Below, one piece after another: positions 1-9,527 of a stretch of DNA of 64,000 bases. The DNA is from Patescibacteria group bacterium (GTDB taxonomy: Bacteria; Patescibacteriota; Microgenomatia; UBA1400; Chisholmbacteraceae), in assembly GCA_022564195.1 (NCBI GenBank), contig JADFLW010000002.1, positions 12,320 through 76,319 on the forward strand. The letters run 5' to 3'. Within the stretch, counting starts at the first letter, position 1. Each line of letters starts with the position of its first letter. The translations under genes were made by a program, and so were the position numbers. The notes under the pieces were generated by a model. That model was not told the origin of the DNA. It did not search any database and saw only the letters and a program-made list of their open reading frames with translations.

Positions 1-1560
1 GCCTACCGTAGGAAACTGAAGCAAATCCGCCGCATCCAAATCGGCTCCGCCCCAGTGCAACCCAAAGTCGTTGAAGAGTTCATGCAGGATTACAAGATTC
101 CGCTCATCCAAGGATATGGCCAAACCGAAACCTCACTCAGAAGCACCGGCGTTCCCATGGATTTGACACCCACGCAATATGCCCATATCCGCAAAGTCAA
201 CTCAATTGGCACAGAACTCGAGTACACCAACGTCACTATCCTTGACGAAGAGGGTCGGGAACGCAAGGAAGGTAAGCTGGGAGAGATCTGCGTCCGCGGC
301 CCAATCATCATGAAAGGGTATCTGAAAAATCCCAAAGCAAACCAAGAAGCATTCGCACACGAGTGGTTCCACTCAGGAGACACGGGCTATTGGAAGGAGC
401 TGTACGGGCGAAAGTTTTTCTTCCTGAAAGGCCGCACCAAAGAAATCATCAAAAAGGGTGCTGATCTCATCTCACCGCTTGCAATAGAAAACACGCTTCT
501 TGAAAACTACCCCAATCTGGAGAAAGTCTACGCTGTTGGATTTCCTGACAGACGTTTGGGTCAGGAGATCGGCATCGTCGCCATCGCCAAAAATCAAAAG
601 GTATTGGAGAAAATCCTCGCGGATGCCCGAGAAAAAAAGATCACTAACCTTACCTATTTTGAATCACCGCAAGCCACCCTTCGTATAGATGAATCTGAGC
701 TACCCAAAACCTCAACAGGAAAAATTCAACGGTTGAAAATCAAAGAGATGTTTGGACCGAAACTTCTGGAAAACTTCCGTACCATTGCTAAAACCCGAAC
801 CCATCGCTTTCGCCGCATCGGTCCGGAAGAAACTGCGCTTCTCAAGAGTGCAGCTCGAATCAACAACATTCGATGGGGAAAGAACCTAAAAAGTTCGCTC
901 AGAGAATTCACAGCGCGCGCCCAAAACGGGCTCTTGATTGGCGCTCTTCATAAAAGCGGCAACCTTGTCGGAACCGTGAGTGCCATCCGTGTGAATGAGG
1001 CAGATTTGGACAAGATCGGTTCCAAAAATCACTGGGCAAATACCTGGAACGGCGTGACGGGAAACGGTACGCTCACAACGCATTTCCACAAAGGAAACAG
1101 CCTCGTCTGTGTTGCAATTTCAACGGAACCCACTTCAATGACGAGTGCTTCAAAGAGTGAGGCTCATGCCAAACAAACCAGAGAGAAACTACCGACGTTG
1201 ACCCAAGCATCTCTGAAAGAATATCTAAAAGGCTCGACCGATCCCATCATTCGCTTCCACCGCAAACCAAAAGCCGGACTCAAAACCGGCGCCAAAATTA
1301 CAAAGATCATCCCACGTGGTCGACCAAAGGACAAAGATGCATTAGGCTACAACCTCCTGATGAAGTATCCTTCGCTCTTGAGAAAACCAAAGGTCAATCC
1401 TGAATCCTCAATCGGCGTCCAACTCATTGAAGCCGCCCTTCTCTTGGCCTTCAGCAACAAGGTGAAAAGCGTTTACGCATACACCAGACCCGCTCTCCTG
1501 AGAAAACACTTCACGACTTCCACATCCAGCGCTTCTTCACCACCCGCTCAAAATCCATAA
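1..1560 (+). CDS. AMP-dependent synthetase/ligase (acyl-CoA synthetase-like), 5'-truncated by window edge, with a ~260-aa C-terminal extension of unknown function
   Basis: The reading frame is open from nt 1, so the listed Met at 55 is internal. AMP-binding C-terminal motifs are present: GYGQTETS, GDTGY, GRTKEIIKKG, and the TSTGKIQR lysine motif. After ~nt 760 the ORF continues as a non-AMP-ligase domain (NNIRWGKN...GNLVGTVSAIRVNEADLDK...NSLVCVAISTEP) that I cannot assign. Confidence 0.6.
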   Translation, partial: AYRRKLKQIRRIQIGSAPVQPKVVEEFMQDYKIPLIQGYGQTETSLRSTGVPMDLTPTQYAHIRKVNSIGTELEYTNVTILDEEGRERKEGKLGEICVRGPIIMKGYLKNPKANQEAFAHEWFHSGDTGYWKELYGRKFFFLKGRTKEIIKKGADLISPLAIENTLLENYPNLEKVYAVGFPDRRLGQEIGIVAIAKNQKVLEKILADAREKKITNLTYFESPQATLRIDESELPKTSTGKIQRLKIKEMFGPKLLENFRTIAKTRTHRFRRIGPEETALLKSAARINNIRWGKNLKSSLREFTARAQNGLLIGALHKSGNLVGTVSAIRVNEADLDKIGSKNHWANTWNGVTGNGTLTTHFHKGNSLVCVAISTEPTSMTSASKSEAHAKQTREKLPTLTQASLKEYLKGSTDPIIRFHRKPKAGLKTGAKITKIIPRGRPKDKDALGYNLLMKYPSLLRKPKVNPESSIGVQLIEAALLLAFSNKVKSVYAYTRPALLRKHFTTSTSSASSPPAQNP

Positions 1561-1603
1561 TTCTATGATCATGCGCAGCACGATACCAAGTATAATCTAG
1601 GAC

Positions 1604-2845
1604 GTGGCTTCCAGAATAAAATCCATTGCCGTTCTTTCAGTACACACCTGTCCCGTTGCCGCGCTTGGTGGAAAAAAAACCGGCGGCATGAACGTCTACG
1701 TTCGGGAGCTGGCGCGCGAACTTGGTAAGCACGGAATCCAAGTTGACATCTTCACAAGGTGTGAATCAGAAGAGGCGGCAGAAATCCGCCGTCTCGGGCC
1801 CAATGTGAAGGTCATCCATGTTGCGTCCGGTCCCGGAAAAACGCTGGCTCCCATCGAAATCTACCCACACCTTGAAGAATTCACAAGAAACGTTGAAGGG
1901 TATCAGCAAAAGCAAGGTTCAACGTACGATCTTCTGCACAGCCACTACTGGCTTTCCGGCCTTGTGGCCCTCAAACTTCAAAGACATTGGGGAATTCCTG
2001 TTCTGCAAAACTTCCACACGCTTGGAAAAGTCAAGAACCTGTTCTTAAAAAAGCCCGAGCCGCCGGTCCGCCTTATCGCCGAACGAAGAATCATCGACCG
2101 AGTGGACCGAATCATTGCCGCAACCCAAGACGAGCTGGCGCATCTTGAGAATCTTTATGATGCTGATGTGAGCAAAATAAGCATCATACCGCCGGGTGTC
2201 GACACTAACCGTTTCCAGCCGAAACCCCAATCTCTTGCCAAAGCCAAAATTGGCGTTTCGCAAAAGAAGCAACTGATCCTCTTCGTTGGTCGCCTCGAAC
2301 CCATAAAAGGATTGGAAACCCTTCTTAAGGCAATCGCCATACTCAAAAAACGGTCACCAAAAGACGCAAATGGCGATATCACCTACCCGAATCTCTCCTT
2401 GGCAATCATCGGTGGCGAAGATCAAGACCGGTATTTCAAAGCAATAAAACAGAAAGCGGGGAAACTTGGCATCGGAGAAACAACCAGCTTCTTAGGTTCT
2501 CAAGATCAGCGCGTGCTTCCCAATTACTACTCAGCAGCCGAAGTCACCATCATTCCATCAAGCCATGAATCCTTCGGAATCGTGGCTCTGGAATCAATGG
2601 CCTGCGCAACGCCGGTGATTGTTTCAAACGTTGGAGGCCTGCAGTATCTTGTTGAGCATAAAAAAACCGGAATTCTTGTTCCGCCAGATAAATCAGAACC
2701 ACTAGCCGTGGCAATAAAAATGCTCCTTGAAGATCATGAACGCAAGAAGAGTCTCGGAAAAAACGCACACCAGAAAGCCCAACACTACGCCTGGCCAAAA
2801 ATTACTTCAAAAATCACAAAGCTCTACAGAGAAACGACAAGATAG
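1604..2845 (+). CDS. GT4 family glycosyltransferase, MshA/BshA-like
   Basis: GTG start. The N-terminus (RIKSIAVLSVHTCP...GGMNVYVRELARELGKHG) is MshA/BshA-like. A C-terminal GT4 EX7E-region motif (ESFGIVALESMACATPVIVSNVGG) is present. Confidence 0.8.
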   Translation: MASRIKSIAVLSVHTCPVAALGGKKTGGMNVYVRELARELGKHGIQVDIFTRCESEEAAEIRRLGPNVKVIHVASGPGKTLAPIEIYPHLEEFTRNVEGYQQKQGSTYDLLHSHYWLSGLVALKLQRHWGIPVLQNFHTLGKVKNLFLKKPEPPVRLIAERRIIDRVDRIIAATQDELAHLENLYDADVSKISIIPPGVDTNRFQPKPQSLAKAKIGVSQKKQLILFVGRLEPIKGLETLLKAIAILKKRSPKDANGDITYPNLSLAIIGGEDQDRYFKAIKQKAGKLGIGETTSFLGSQDQRVLPNYYSAAEVTIIPSSHESFGIVALESMACATPVIVSNVGGLQYLVEHKKTGILVPPDKSEPLAVAIKMLLEDHERKKSLGKNAHQKAQHYAWPKITSKITKLYRETTR

Positions 2846-3224
2846 GGAAGAGTCATGGTTCCAAAGAAGAGGCAGCCGCAACGCCCGCCGGACGAGTATC
2901 CTCTAAAATCTGCTGAGCGCGGCCGAGCCAGTACCCAGAAACGAAGACATGCCCGATAACCAAGGCTGCGACGGAAAAATAGAGAACAAGAATGAATGGA
3001 TTACTCATGAGTTTCTTCCGCATAACGTGCTTCTTTTATATCTATAGTGTAGAGCGAAGAAACAGTGGATGTCAACTGAGTGGTGATCCAATACCCCGCA
3101 CCAATTTTCTGAGTCGGAATTACTGAACAAGCTAGAACCCGCCCAGCGACTCGCCGCCTGACGGCGGCAGGTGAGTTTAGATTTCAAATTTCTTTAATTG
3201 ATAAACTGTGGTGAGTTATTTCCT

Positions 3225-3878
3225 TCATTTGATTTGTTTTCTATTTTTCTTAAAAAGATATATCCACCCGAGAAAAAACATAGTTGAAATAATCAAGACG
3301 ATAAAAATGTATTTTTCTACTCTAGAAATTGACTCGGAATAAACTATGTATAGCCCCCCCACATACCAGCCAATAACCCCCAATGCAAGCGCACGCGTAA
3401 ATGAGCCGAGCAAAGTAACAACCGCAAAAGTTTTTAAAGGATAACGCACTATTCCACAAAAACCAGAGATCGCCACGCCCGGAATAATAGGCAGAACTCG
3501 CAATATAAAAAGCGCGACCTCATCACCGCTCCCACGGATTAGTTTGCGCTCTATTTTTTCCAGATCTTTCCAGCTCAAACTAAGCCATTTTTTGCTTTTT
3601 TCAATGGCGGGTTTTCCTCCCAAATAACCAATGCCGTAAACAGCCAGAGACCCAAGAGTTACTCCGAAGGAAACTGGAAAAGCGATAACAAACAGCGCCT
3701 GCCAAGTTATTTCCAGAAAACTTCCATCGGCGGGTAGAAGAAAAAATCCCGCCGTAAGCGGCACCAACGGGGAAGGAATGGGGGCGACAACCTCCTCAAG
3801 CAAGGTGGCTAAAAAGACACCGAAGGCGCCGTATTCAACAAGAATTGGCTGTATGTAGGAAGTAAGTTTTTCAATCAT
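3225..3878 (-). CDS. DedA/SNARE-associated (TVP38) family membrane protein
   Basis: Polytopic membrane protein with DedA-type motifs (RVLPIIPGVAISGFCGIVRYP, LLGSFTRALALGVIGW). Confidence 0.7.
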   Translation of the reverse strand: MIEKLTSYIQPILVEYGAFGVFLATLLEEVVAPIPSPLVPLTAGFFLLPADGSFLEITWQALFVIAFPVSFGVTLGSLAVYGIGYLGGKPAIEKSKKWLSLSWKDLEKIERKLIRGSGDEVALFILRVLPIIPGVAISGFCGIVRYPLKTFAVVTLLGSFTRALALGVIGWYVGGLYIVYSESISRVEKYIFIVLIISTMFFLGWIYLFKKNRKQIK

Positions 3879-3881
3879 ACA

Positions 3882-4298
3882 TTAAATCTCAATAAGTTCA
3901 TGGCGCTTGCGCAGATAATCACTGCCTACATTGATAGCGGTGATATTTCCAATTTGCACTTGTTTCTTCTCGTACGTATGACCGCACAAGATATATTTTA
4001 CTTTGGGAAACTTTAAAATAATTTCTCCGGTTTCAATACTTCCGGAAAAAGCACTGAAAAATTTATCTATAGAAATGGCGTTGCTTCGTAAAAGTTGACT
4101 AAAGGGGACGCAGTGTGTAACACAGACAATTGAGCGAACCTGCTTGCTGACTTTTGCAAGATGTTTTTTGAGTTTCTGGTTTACTTTTTGAGTAAATTTC
4201 TCGTCAGATATACCGCATAGCTTTTTGGCAAATTTTCTTACGATTTTCTGATTGTTGCCGACTCCATAATGAATATCCGCTGTAATAATTACTCTCAT
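3882..4298 (-). CDS. Calcineurin-like metallophosphoesterase (YfcE-like)
   Basis: MRVIITADIHYG (the DxH metal motif) and GHTYEK...INVGS are present. The ORF continues upstream to 4418, but an internal Met at 4298 matches typical family starts; the start is uncertain. Confidence 0.6.
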   Translation of the reverse strand: MRVIITADIHYGVGNNQKIVRKFAKKLCGISDEKFTQKVNQKLKKHLAKVSKQVRSIVCVTHCVPFSQLLRSNAISIDKFFSAFSGSIETGEIILKFPKVKYILCGHTYEKKQVQIGNITAINVGSDYLRKRHELIEI

Positions 4299-4443
4299 AA
4301 TTTGTGATTGTGTTAATTCATCTAAAGAAGCACCCAAGGATTTGGCGACAGGTTGAGCAGTTTCAAGAGTAGGGCTGTGGATAGCCGAGCTCTTTTTTGT
4401 GGCGCGTTCACCCCGCACTTATACCCCGTAAATTCCGTTTCAG

Positions 4444-4514
4444 TCGGGGGACCGAGAATCGAACTCGGACCTCACGCACCCCATGCGCGAATTCTACCAC
4501 TAAACTACCCCCCG
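4444..4514 (-). tRNA. tRNA-Pro (anticodon GGG)
   Basis: Manual fold of the reverse complement: 7-bp acceptor stem (CGGGGGG/TCCCCCG), D-arm, anticodon stem CGCGC/GCGTG with loop AUGGGGU (anticodon GGG), T-arm CCGAG-TTCGATT-CTCGG, discriminator A. No encoded CCA. A TACAAT -10-like box lies ~22 nt upstream on the minus strand. Confidence 0.8.
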
Positions 4515-4544
4515 ATATTACCTCTAGGTTGTATTGTATCACGC
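4444..4544. repeat. Direct repeat copy 1 (~101 bp: tRNA-Pro plus 30 bp of its 5' flank)
   Basis: About 94% identical to 5857..5957 in direct orientation. The 30 bp beyond the tRNA 5' end (atattacctctaggttgtattgtatcacgc) are identical in both copies. Confidence 0.8.
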
Positions 4545-4571
4545 CAGCAGACAAGGCAAAACAGGGATCTG

Positions 4572-5771
4572 TTAAGCCATGAGGCGAGGGGCGCGTCGAT
4601 TGAGTAACGTACGCAACACTTGCTTGGGTTTCTCAAATTTTGAAAGAAGTATCATCGCAGCGATGATGTAGGGCTTATATCCTGCCTGCTTGAAAAGCTC
4701 AAATCGATACCGCTCAAAAACGGATTGTTCGACCTCTCCTTTTCTTGAGTTCACGCCGGAAACATCGGCCGGCAAGCAGTGCAGATACAGCGCGCGTCCG
4801 TTTTTGGTTAATTTCATCATCTTCTCATTGCACTCCCAATCCTGATGTTTGGCATTTTGCGCCAGAGCCTGTCTTTCAAGCTCTAAAAGGCCCTTCGTGT
4901 CACCTTTTTTCAACAGCCTCGTTCGCTTGAACATAATCCCATATGGCGCCCATGACTTCGGATAGACGATATCCGCGTCTGCAAAAGCTTGAGCCATATT
5001 ATGCGTGATCCGAAAATGACCACCTGACTTTGTCGCTTGCTTTGCACAGAGCCGCTCAAGCTCAGGAATGAGGTTGTACCCTTGAGGATATGCAAGAACA
5101 ACATCCATCCCGAAACGCGTCAGCAGAGCGCAAATCCCTTGAGCTACTGAAAGCGGTTTTCCGTAGCTAGGTGAATAAGCCCAAGACATGACGATCTTTT
5201 TTCCCTGAAGATTTGAGAGACCCTCAAACTTTTTCTTAAGATGGAGAAGATCGGACATACTCTGCGTCGGATGGTCACGGTCACACTGAAGATTCAAAAC
5301 GCTCGGCCGTTGAGGGAGGATTCCTTCCTTGAAACCCTCTTGCACGGCGCTCGCAACTTGCTTTTGAAACGTATGTCCTTCACCCAAATATTGATCATCG
5401 CGGATACCGATGACTTCGGTAAGAAACGAAATCATGGTCGCAGTTTCTTTCGCTGCCTCTCCATGAGTGATTTGTGATTGTTCCTCATCAAAATCCTGCA
5501 CTGTGAGTCCGAGAAGATTGGCCGCAGACTGGAAGCTATAGCGCGTTCGAGTCGATTTGTCACGAAACCAGGAAACGGCGACCCCTGATTCAAATAGCTT
5601 TGCTGAGAGGTTGTTTGTGTAAAGCTCACGGAGAATCTCAGCGACAAGAAGCGTTGCCTCTAACTGATCTCTAGACTTCTCCCAAGTCAGAAGGAAGTCA
5701 TCCCCGTAGTTTCTGAAACGTTTTGATGAAAGCTCACTCAGGAGTTTCTGAAGAGAATCCGTTGTTGTCAT
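4572..5771 (-). CDS. Ornithine/aspartate carbamoyltransferase-family protein (long YgeW/OTCase-like form, ~399 aa)
   Basis: STRTR carbamoyl-phosphate motif (RDKSTRTRYSF), HPTQ (DRDHPTQSM) and HCLP (LYLHCLPADV). The ORF extends to 5897 through the second tRNA-like copy. I take the start at the internal MTTTDS Met (5771); this is uncertain. Confidence 0.75.
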   Translation of the reverse strand: MTTTDSLQKLLSELSSKRFRNYGDDFLLTWEKSRDQLEATLLVAEILRELYTNNLSAKLFESGVAVSWFRDKSTRTRYSFQSAANLLGLTVQDFDEEQSQITHGEAAKETATMISFLTEVIGIRDDQYLGEGHTFQKQVASAVQEGFKEGILPQRPSVLNLQCDRDHPTQSMSDLLHLKKKFEGLSNLQGKKIVMSWAYSPSYGKPLSVAQGICALLTRFGMDVVLAYPQGYNLIPELERLCAKQATKSGGHFRITHNMAQAFADADIVYPKSWAPYGIMFKRTRLLKKGDTKGLLELERQALAQNAKHQDWECNEKMMKLTKNGRALYLHCLPADVSGVNSRKGEVEQSVFERYRFELFKQAGYKPYIIAAMILLSKFEKPKQVLRTLLNRRAPRLMA

Positions 5772-5856
5772 ACGAGCATTGATGCTAGCGACTGATCCCG
5801 CACGAATAAAGGCAATGCGCAGGAATACCTTCACAATGCTATGTATGTGCTCCGAG

Positions 5857-5927
5857 TCGGGGATGGGAGAATCGAACTCGGACCTCACGCACCCCACGCG
5901 TAAATTCTACCATTAAACTACCCCCCG
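5857..5927 (-). tRNA. Second tRNA-Pro(GGG)-like copy, probably degenerate (pseudo-tRNA)
   Basis: Same acceptor 5' strand, D-arm and GGG anticodon, with a compensatory change in the anticodon stem. The T-stem 3' strand is CTCCC instead of CTCGG and the acceptor 3' strand is ATCCCCG, which breaks 2 T-stem pairs and 1-2 acceptor pairs. Confidence 0.45.
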
Positions 5928-5957
5928 ATATTACCTCTAGGTTGTATTGTATCACGC
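5857..5957. repeat. Direct repeat copy 2 (~101 bp) of the tRNA-Pro region
   Basis: See 4444..4544. The two copies bracket the carbamoyltransferase gene. Confidence 0.8.
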
Positions 5958-5980
5958 GGCTGTGTTTTAATGGGATAACT

Positions 5981-6994
5981 TTGGACTACAAACGCCTCCT
6001 CAAGCGAGCCTGGGAAATCACCAAGACCTACAAGGTACTCTGGGTCTTTGGGATGGTAGTCGCCGTACTCTCAGGCGGTGGCTCACGTTTTAATCTTCCA
6101 GGTTCTGGTGATAGTAAAGGATTATTTGAATTCTTCAGGAAACCCTCAGTCGAAGAACTTCCCCAGGAAACCAGTCGAGTCCTTGGCGCATACACGGATT
6201 CCATCATTGAGATCTTCAAAGACATCCCCGTTGGGGTCTGGATCATCCTCGCTATAAGCGTCGTCCTTGCAGTGCTGGCAGCCGTCGTCATCAACCTTTT
6301 TATCAGAAACTGGGCAAAGGGGGCGCTCATTGCCGCAATCCACGACATCGAAGATCAAAAACAGGTATCGCTGAGAAGCGGCTCCAATCACGGCCTTTCG
6401 GTCGTGAAACGATTCATACTCTTACACATTCTCGCAGGAGTCATCATGGTAGCGCTCATTCTTGTGTTGGCGATATTGATGAGTGTGCTGTTCGGAATTG
6501 CCATTGGCTTTTCATTCGTCGGCATGGAATGGTCAATGGGGAAAACCCTGCTCGCCGGGATATCTGTTCTTACGTTCGTGATTGCGGTTGTTACCGGTGG
6601 AGTGTTGCTAACCATGACTGTGATCTTGGCCGAACAACTGGTCATTCGTCAGGACCTCTCGACAAAAGGTGCACTCAAGAGAGGTTTCATTCTAGCAAAA
6701 AGATATATTTTTCAGATGATTGGAATGGGCGCAATAAACATAGGGATCGGCTGTGCCTTAGGGTGCGCCACGCTGATACTCCTGGTTCTTCTTGTTGCAA
6801 TCGTCTTGTTGATATTTGCGGTAAGCAAAGAGGCGGGATTCATCGCAGCGGCCATCGCAGGAATTCTAATCTTAGCGTTCGCGCTGCTCTCGATTCTGAT
6901 AAAAGGGATATACATGGTCTTTACCACCTCGACCTGGACGTTGCTGGTACGGGAGATTGAACACAAAGAACAAGAAGGAGTGTCAAATGAATAG
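5981..6994 (+). CDS. Polytopic membrane protein of unknown function (possibly GPDPase-membrane-domain/DUF-like)
   Basis: At least 6 predicted TM helices and a Gly-rich loop. A likely TTG start gives an N-terminus of (M)DYKRLLKRAWEITKTYKVLWVFG. The ORF-track ATG at 5942 lies inside the duplicated tRNA flank. Confidence 0.5.
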   Translation: MDYKRLLKRAWEITKTYKVLWVFGMVVAVLSGGGSRFNLPGSGDSKGLFEFFRKPSVEELPQETSRVLGAYTDSIIEIFKDIPVGVWIILAISVVLAVLAAVVINLFIRNWAKGALIAAIHDIEDQKQVSLRSGSNHGLSVVKRFILLHILAGVIMVALILVLAILMSVLFGIAIGFSFVGMEWSMGKTLLAGISVLTFVIAVVTGGVLLTMTVILAEQLVIRQDLSTKGALKRGFILAKRYIFQMIGMGAINIGIGCALGCATLILLVLLVAIVLLIFAVSKEAGFIAAAIAGILILAFALLSILIKGIYMVFTTSTWTLLVREIEHKEQEGVSNE

Positions 6995-7622
6995 AGCGGC
7001 AGGATTTTGGATTCGGCTCCAAGCCCACATCATTGATAGCGCACTTATTGTGTTAACACTCACGGCACCCACGTGGTTTATCGTCAACCGCTCCGGGAGT
7101 TTGGAAGATCTGATCCTCCCCGTCGGCATCTTGCTGTATTACATGGTATTCACGATTTCGCCGCTTGTTATTCTTTACCGAGTGATCTTGACCGTCAAAT
7201 TCGGCGGCGGTGTGGGCAAGCTGGTATCAGGGATCAAAGTCGTTGGCAAAGATAGGAAGCTCTTACGGTTCTGGCCGGCGATGTTTCGCTACATTGTTGG
7301 ATATTTCGTCTCAAGTCTCCTCTATGGAGTAGGATTCCTCTGGATTGTCCGCAATCCCAACAAACAAGGCTGGCATGATCAAGTGAGCGGCACGTATGTT
7401 ATCCATGACAAGCCAAAACGCTGGATCATAGGATCGGCTCTTTTAATCATTCTGCTTTTTGTGAACAGCTTCCTGGCATCAAACGCAGTTCAATCAATAA
7501 AAGAGAACCAAGCACTAGTAAACCAAATCCAAACGCTCCTTAAGGAAACAACTGGCTCACCACTTGAAAATGACCAAACCCCTGCTACAATAGACCCCCA
7601 AGAAGCTCGGTATATCATTTAA
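6987..7622 (+). CDS. RDD family membrane protein
   Basis: N-terminus AGFWIRLQAHIIDSALIV plus the GWHDQVSGTYVI signature. The start could instead be 6957. Confidence 0.7.
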   Translation: MNRAAGFWIRLQAHIIDSALIVLTLTAPTWFIVNRSGSLEDLILPVGILLYYMVFTISPLVILYRVILTVKFGGGVGKLVSGIKVVGKDRKLLRFWPAMFRYIVGYFVSSLLYGVGFLWIVRNPNKQGWHDQVSGTYVIHDKPKRWIIGSALLIILLFVNSFLASNAVQSIKENQALVNQIQTLLKETTGSPLENDQTPATIDPQEARYII

Positions 7623-7640
7623 GAGTCTCAAACCTTCAAT

Positions 7641-8693
7641 ATGGTCAGGAAGGATCAAAAGAGCCAACGACTCCAAGCGGTCAAAATTGCAATGGAGCAA
7701 ATCGAAAAGCAGTACGGGAAAGGCGCAATTATGAGACTAGGGACAGCACCCAGTCGCGACAAGCACCTTTCCACCATTCCCACGGGTGCTATCGGTCTTG
7801 ACTTAGCCCTCGGCGTTGGCGGCATTCCGCGTGGTCGCATCAGTGAAATCTTCGGGCCAGAGGCAAGCGGCAAGACAACGCTGTGTTTGCACATCATTGC
7901 CAATTCCCAAAAACTAGGCGGCACGGCGGCCTTCATCGATGTCGAACATGCACTCGATCCCCAGCGAGCAGAGGTCATCGGCGTCAACCTTGATGATCTT
8001 TTGGTTTCCCAGCCCGATACTGGCGAACAGGCACTGGAGATTACGGAAACCCTCATCCGTTCCGGAGGAGTAGATGTCATTTGCATCGACTCAGTCGCAG
8101 CCCTGGTTCCGAAAGCAGAGATTGAAGGGGAGATGGGCGATGCCATGATGGGCATGCAGGCCCGACTCATGAGTCAGGCAATGCGCAAGCTTGCTGGGGC
8201 CATTGCCCGTTCAAAAACGGCGATGATCTTCACCAACCAGCTACGGATGAAGATAGGGGTCATGTTCGGCAACCCCGAGACGACAACCGGAGGTCGAGCA
8301 CTCAAATTCTACGCCTCGGTCCGCATCGACATGCGAAGGATTGGGAACATCCAAGACGGCGATCAGGTCATCGGCTCCCGTCATCGCGTCAAAGTTGTCA
8401 AGAACAAAGTGGCACCCCCCTTTCGCGTCACGGAGTTCGATATCATGAACGACACCGGGATTTCCTACACGGGGAGCCTGCTTGATGTAGCAATTGAGTT
8501 GGAAATAATTGAAAAAGCAGGCAGCTTCCTCAAGTATAAAGGAGAAGTTCTAGCCCAGGGACGCGAGGCAGCAAAGTTGATGTTCGAAGAAAATCCCAAA
8601 CTTGCCAAAGAGATAGAAACCGAGATTTTCAAAGCGGTTGAACAAAAGCGAACCCAGCCCCGAACGCGAGGCCGTCCCCCAAAAGAAGACTGA
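7641..8693 (+). CDS. recA: Recombinase RecA
   Basis: Full-length RecA: Walker A ([10 protein letters not shown]), L1/L2 regions, IMRLG at the N-terminus. Confidence 0.95.
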   Translation: MVRKDQKSQRLQAVKIAMEQIEKQYGKGAIMRLGTAPSRDKHLSTIPTGAIGLDLALGVGGIPRGRISEIFGPEASGKTTLCLHIIANSQKLGGTAAFIDVEHALDPQRAEVIGVNLDDLLVSQPDTGEQALEITETLIRSGGVDVICIDSVAALVPKAEIEGEMGDAMMGMQARLMSQAMRKLAGAIARSKTAMIFTNQLRMKIGVMFGNPETTTGGRALKFYASVRIDMRRIGNIQDGDQVIGSRHRVKVVKNKVAPPFRVTEFDIMNDTGISYTGSLLDVAIELEIIEKAGSFLKYKGEVLAQGREAAKLMFEENPKLAKEIETEIFKAVEQKRTQPRTRGRPPKED

Positions 8694-8714
8694 AGGCTTT
8701 CCTAAACCGAAAAA

Positions 8715-9353
8715 ATGCCCCGCATAACGAAACTGAAGGCGCAAAAGAACCGTAATCGCGTGAACCTGTATCTTGATGGCGAGTATGCCACGAGTCTGGA
8801 TCTTTTGACAGTGACCAAGTTGGGGCTCAAAGTAGGAATGGATATCTCCCAAACAGAACTCAAGAAACTTGTACGTACCCATCAATACGAGAAACTTCTA
8901 AACCGAGCCGCACACTTCCTCTCCTACCGACCGCGATCCGAGAAAGAGCTAAGAACGTATCTTCAAAGAAAGTGGCGACCGGAAACGAACAAAGAAAAGC
9001 ATACAAAAACCTTGGAAAAGGTGATCGGCAAACTGAAAAAGCAAGGGGTAGTCAACGACCAGGAATTTGCCGAGTGGTGGGTTCAGCAGCGGCAAACCTT
9101 TCGTCCAAAGGGGAAAATACTGCTAACCCAAGAGCTAAGACAAAAAGGGATAGACGGAAAAATTATAGAAAAGGCGCTCACAACGCTCGATGACTACACA
9201 CAAGCGAGCAATGTTGCAGAAAAGAAGAGGAAGAGTTTAAGAGGACTGGAACCGAACAAATCCCGCCTCAGGCTTATAAGCTTCTTGCAAAGACGGGGGT
9301 TCACCTGGGAGACAATACGGCGCGTCATTGACGAATCGATCGTGCAAGAGTAA
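8715..9353 (+). CDS. recX: RecA regulator RecX
   Basis: Lies directly downstream of recA. RecX-like three-helix repeats (RVNLYLDGEYATSL..., LSYRPRSEKELRTYLQRK). Confidence 0.75.
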   Translation: MPRITKLKAQKNRNRVNLYLDGEYATSLDLLTVTKLGLKVGMDISQTELKKLVRTHQYEKLLNRAAHFLSYRPRSEKELRTYLQRKWRPETNKEKHTKTLEKVIGKLKKQGVVNDQEFAEWWVQQRQTFRPKGKILLTQELRQKGIDGKIIEKALTTLDDYTQASNVAEKKRKSLRGLEPNKSRLRLISFLQRRGFTWETIRRVIDESIVQE

Positions 9354-9527
9354 AATACATGATAGACAGAATGATGTCAGTAGGGAAAGAAACTTGCGTC
9401 TGATGAAGCACAAAAGTATTCGAATAAGAAAAGAACCACTGCTTGCTTCGACGAACTTCCCCAGATAACACGGGGCCAGTTTCTACTGGCATTATTCTCA
9501 CATTGAGTACAATCAAAAGGAGTTGTT

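Noticed and set aside
2852-3007. 51-aa hydrophobic minus-strand ORF (MSNPFILVLYFSVAALVIGHVFVSGYWLGRAQQILEDTRPAGVAAASSLEP) in the GT4/DedA spacer
   Set aside because: It is plausible as a small membrane peptide, but it has no RBS or motif support. It is recorded here but not reported as a feature.
4353-4607. Two small plus-strand ORFs (84 aa, 61 aa) over the tRNA-Pro locus
   Set aside because: They cover a tRNA gene and its flank and have no protein-like features.
7655-8170. 171-aa minus-strand ORF inside recA
   Set aside because: It is antisense to recA and low-complexity Ser/Ala/Pro-rich.
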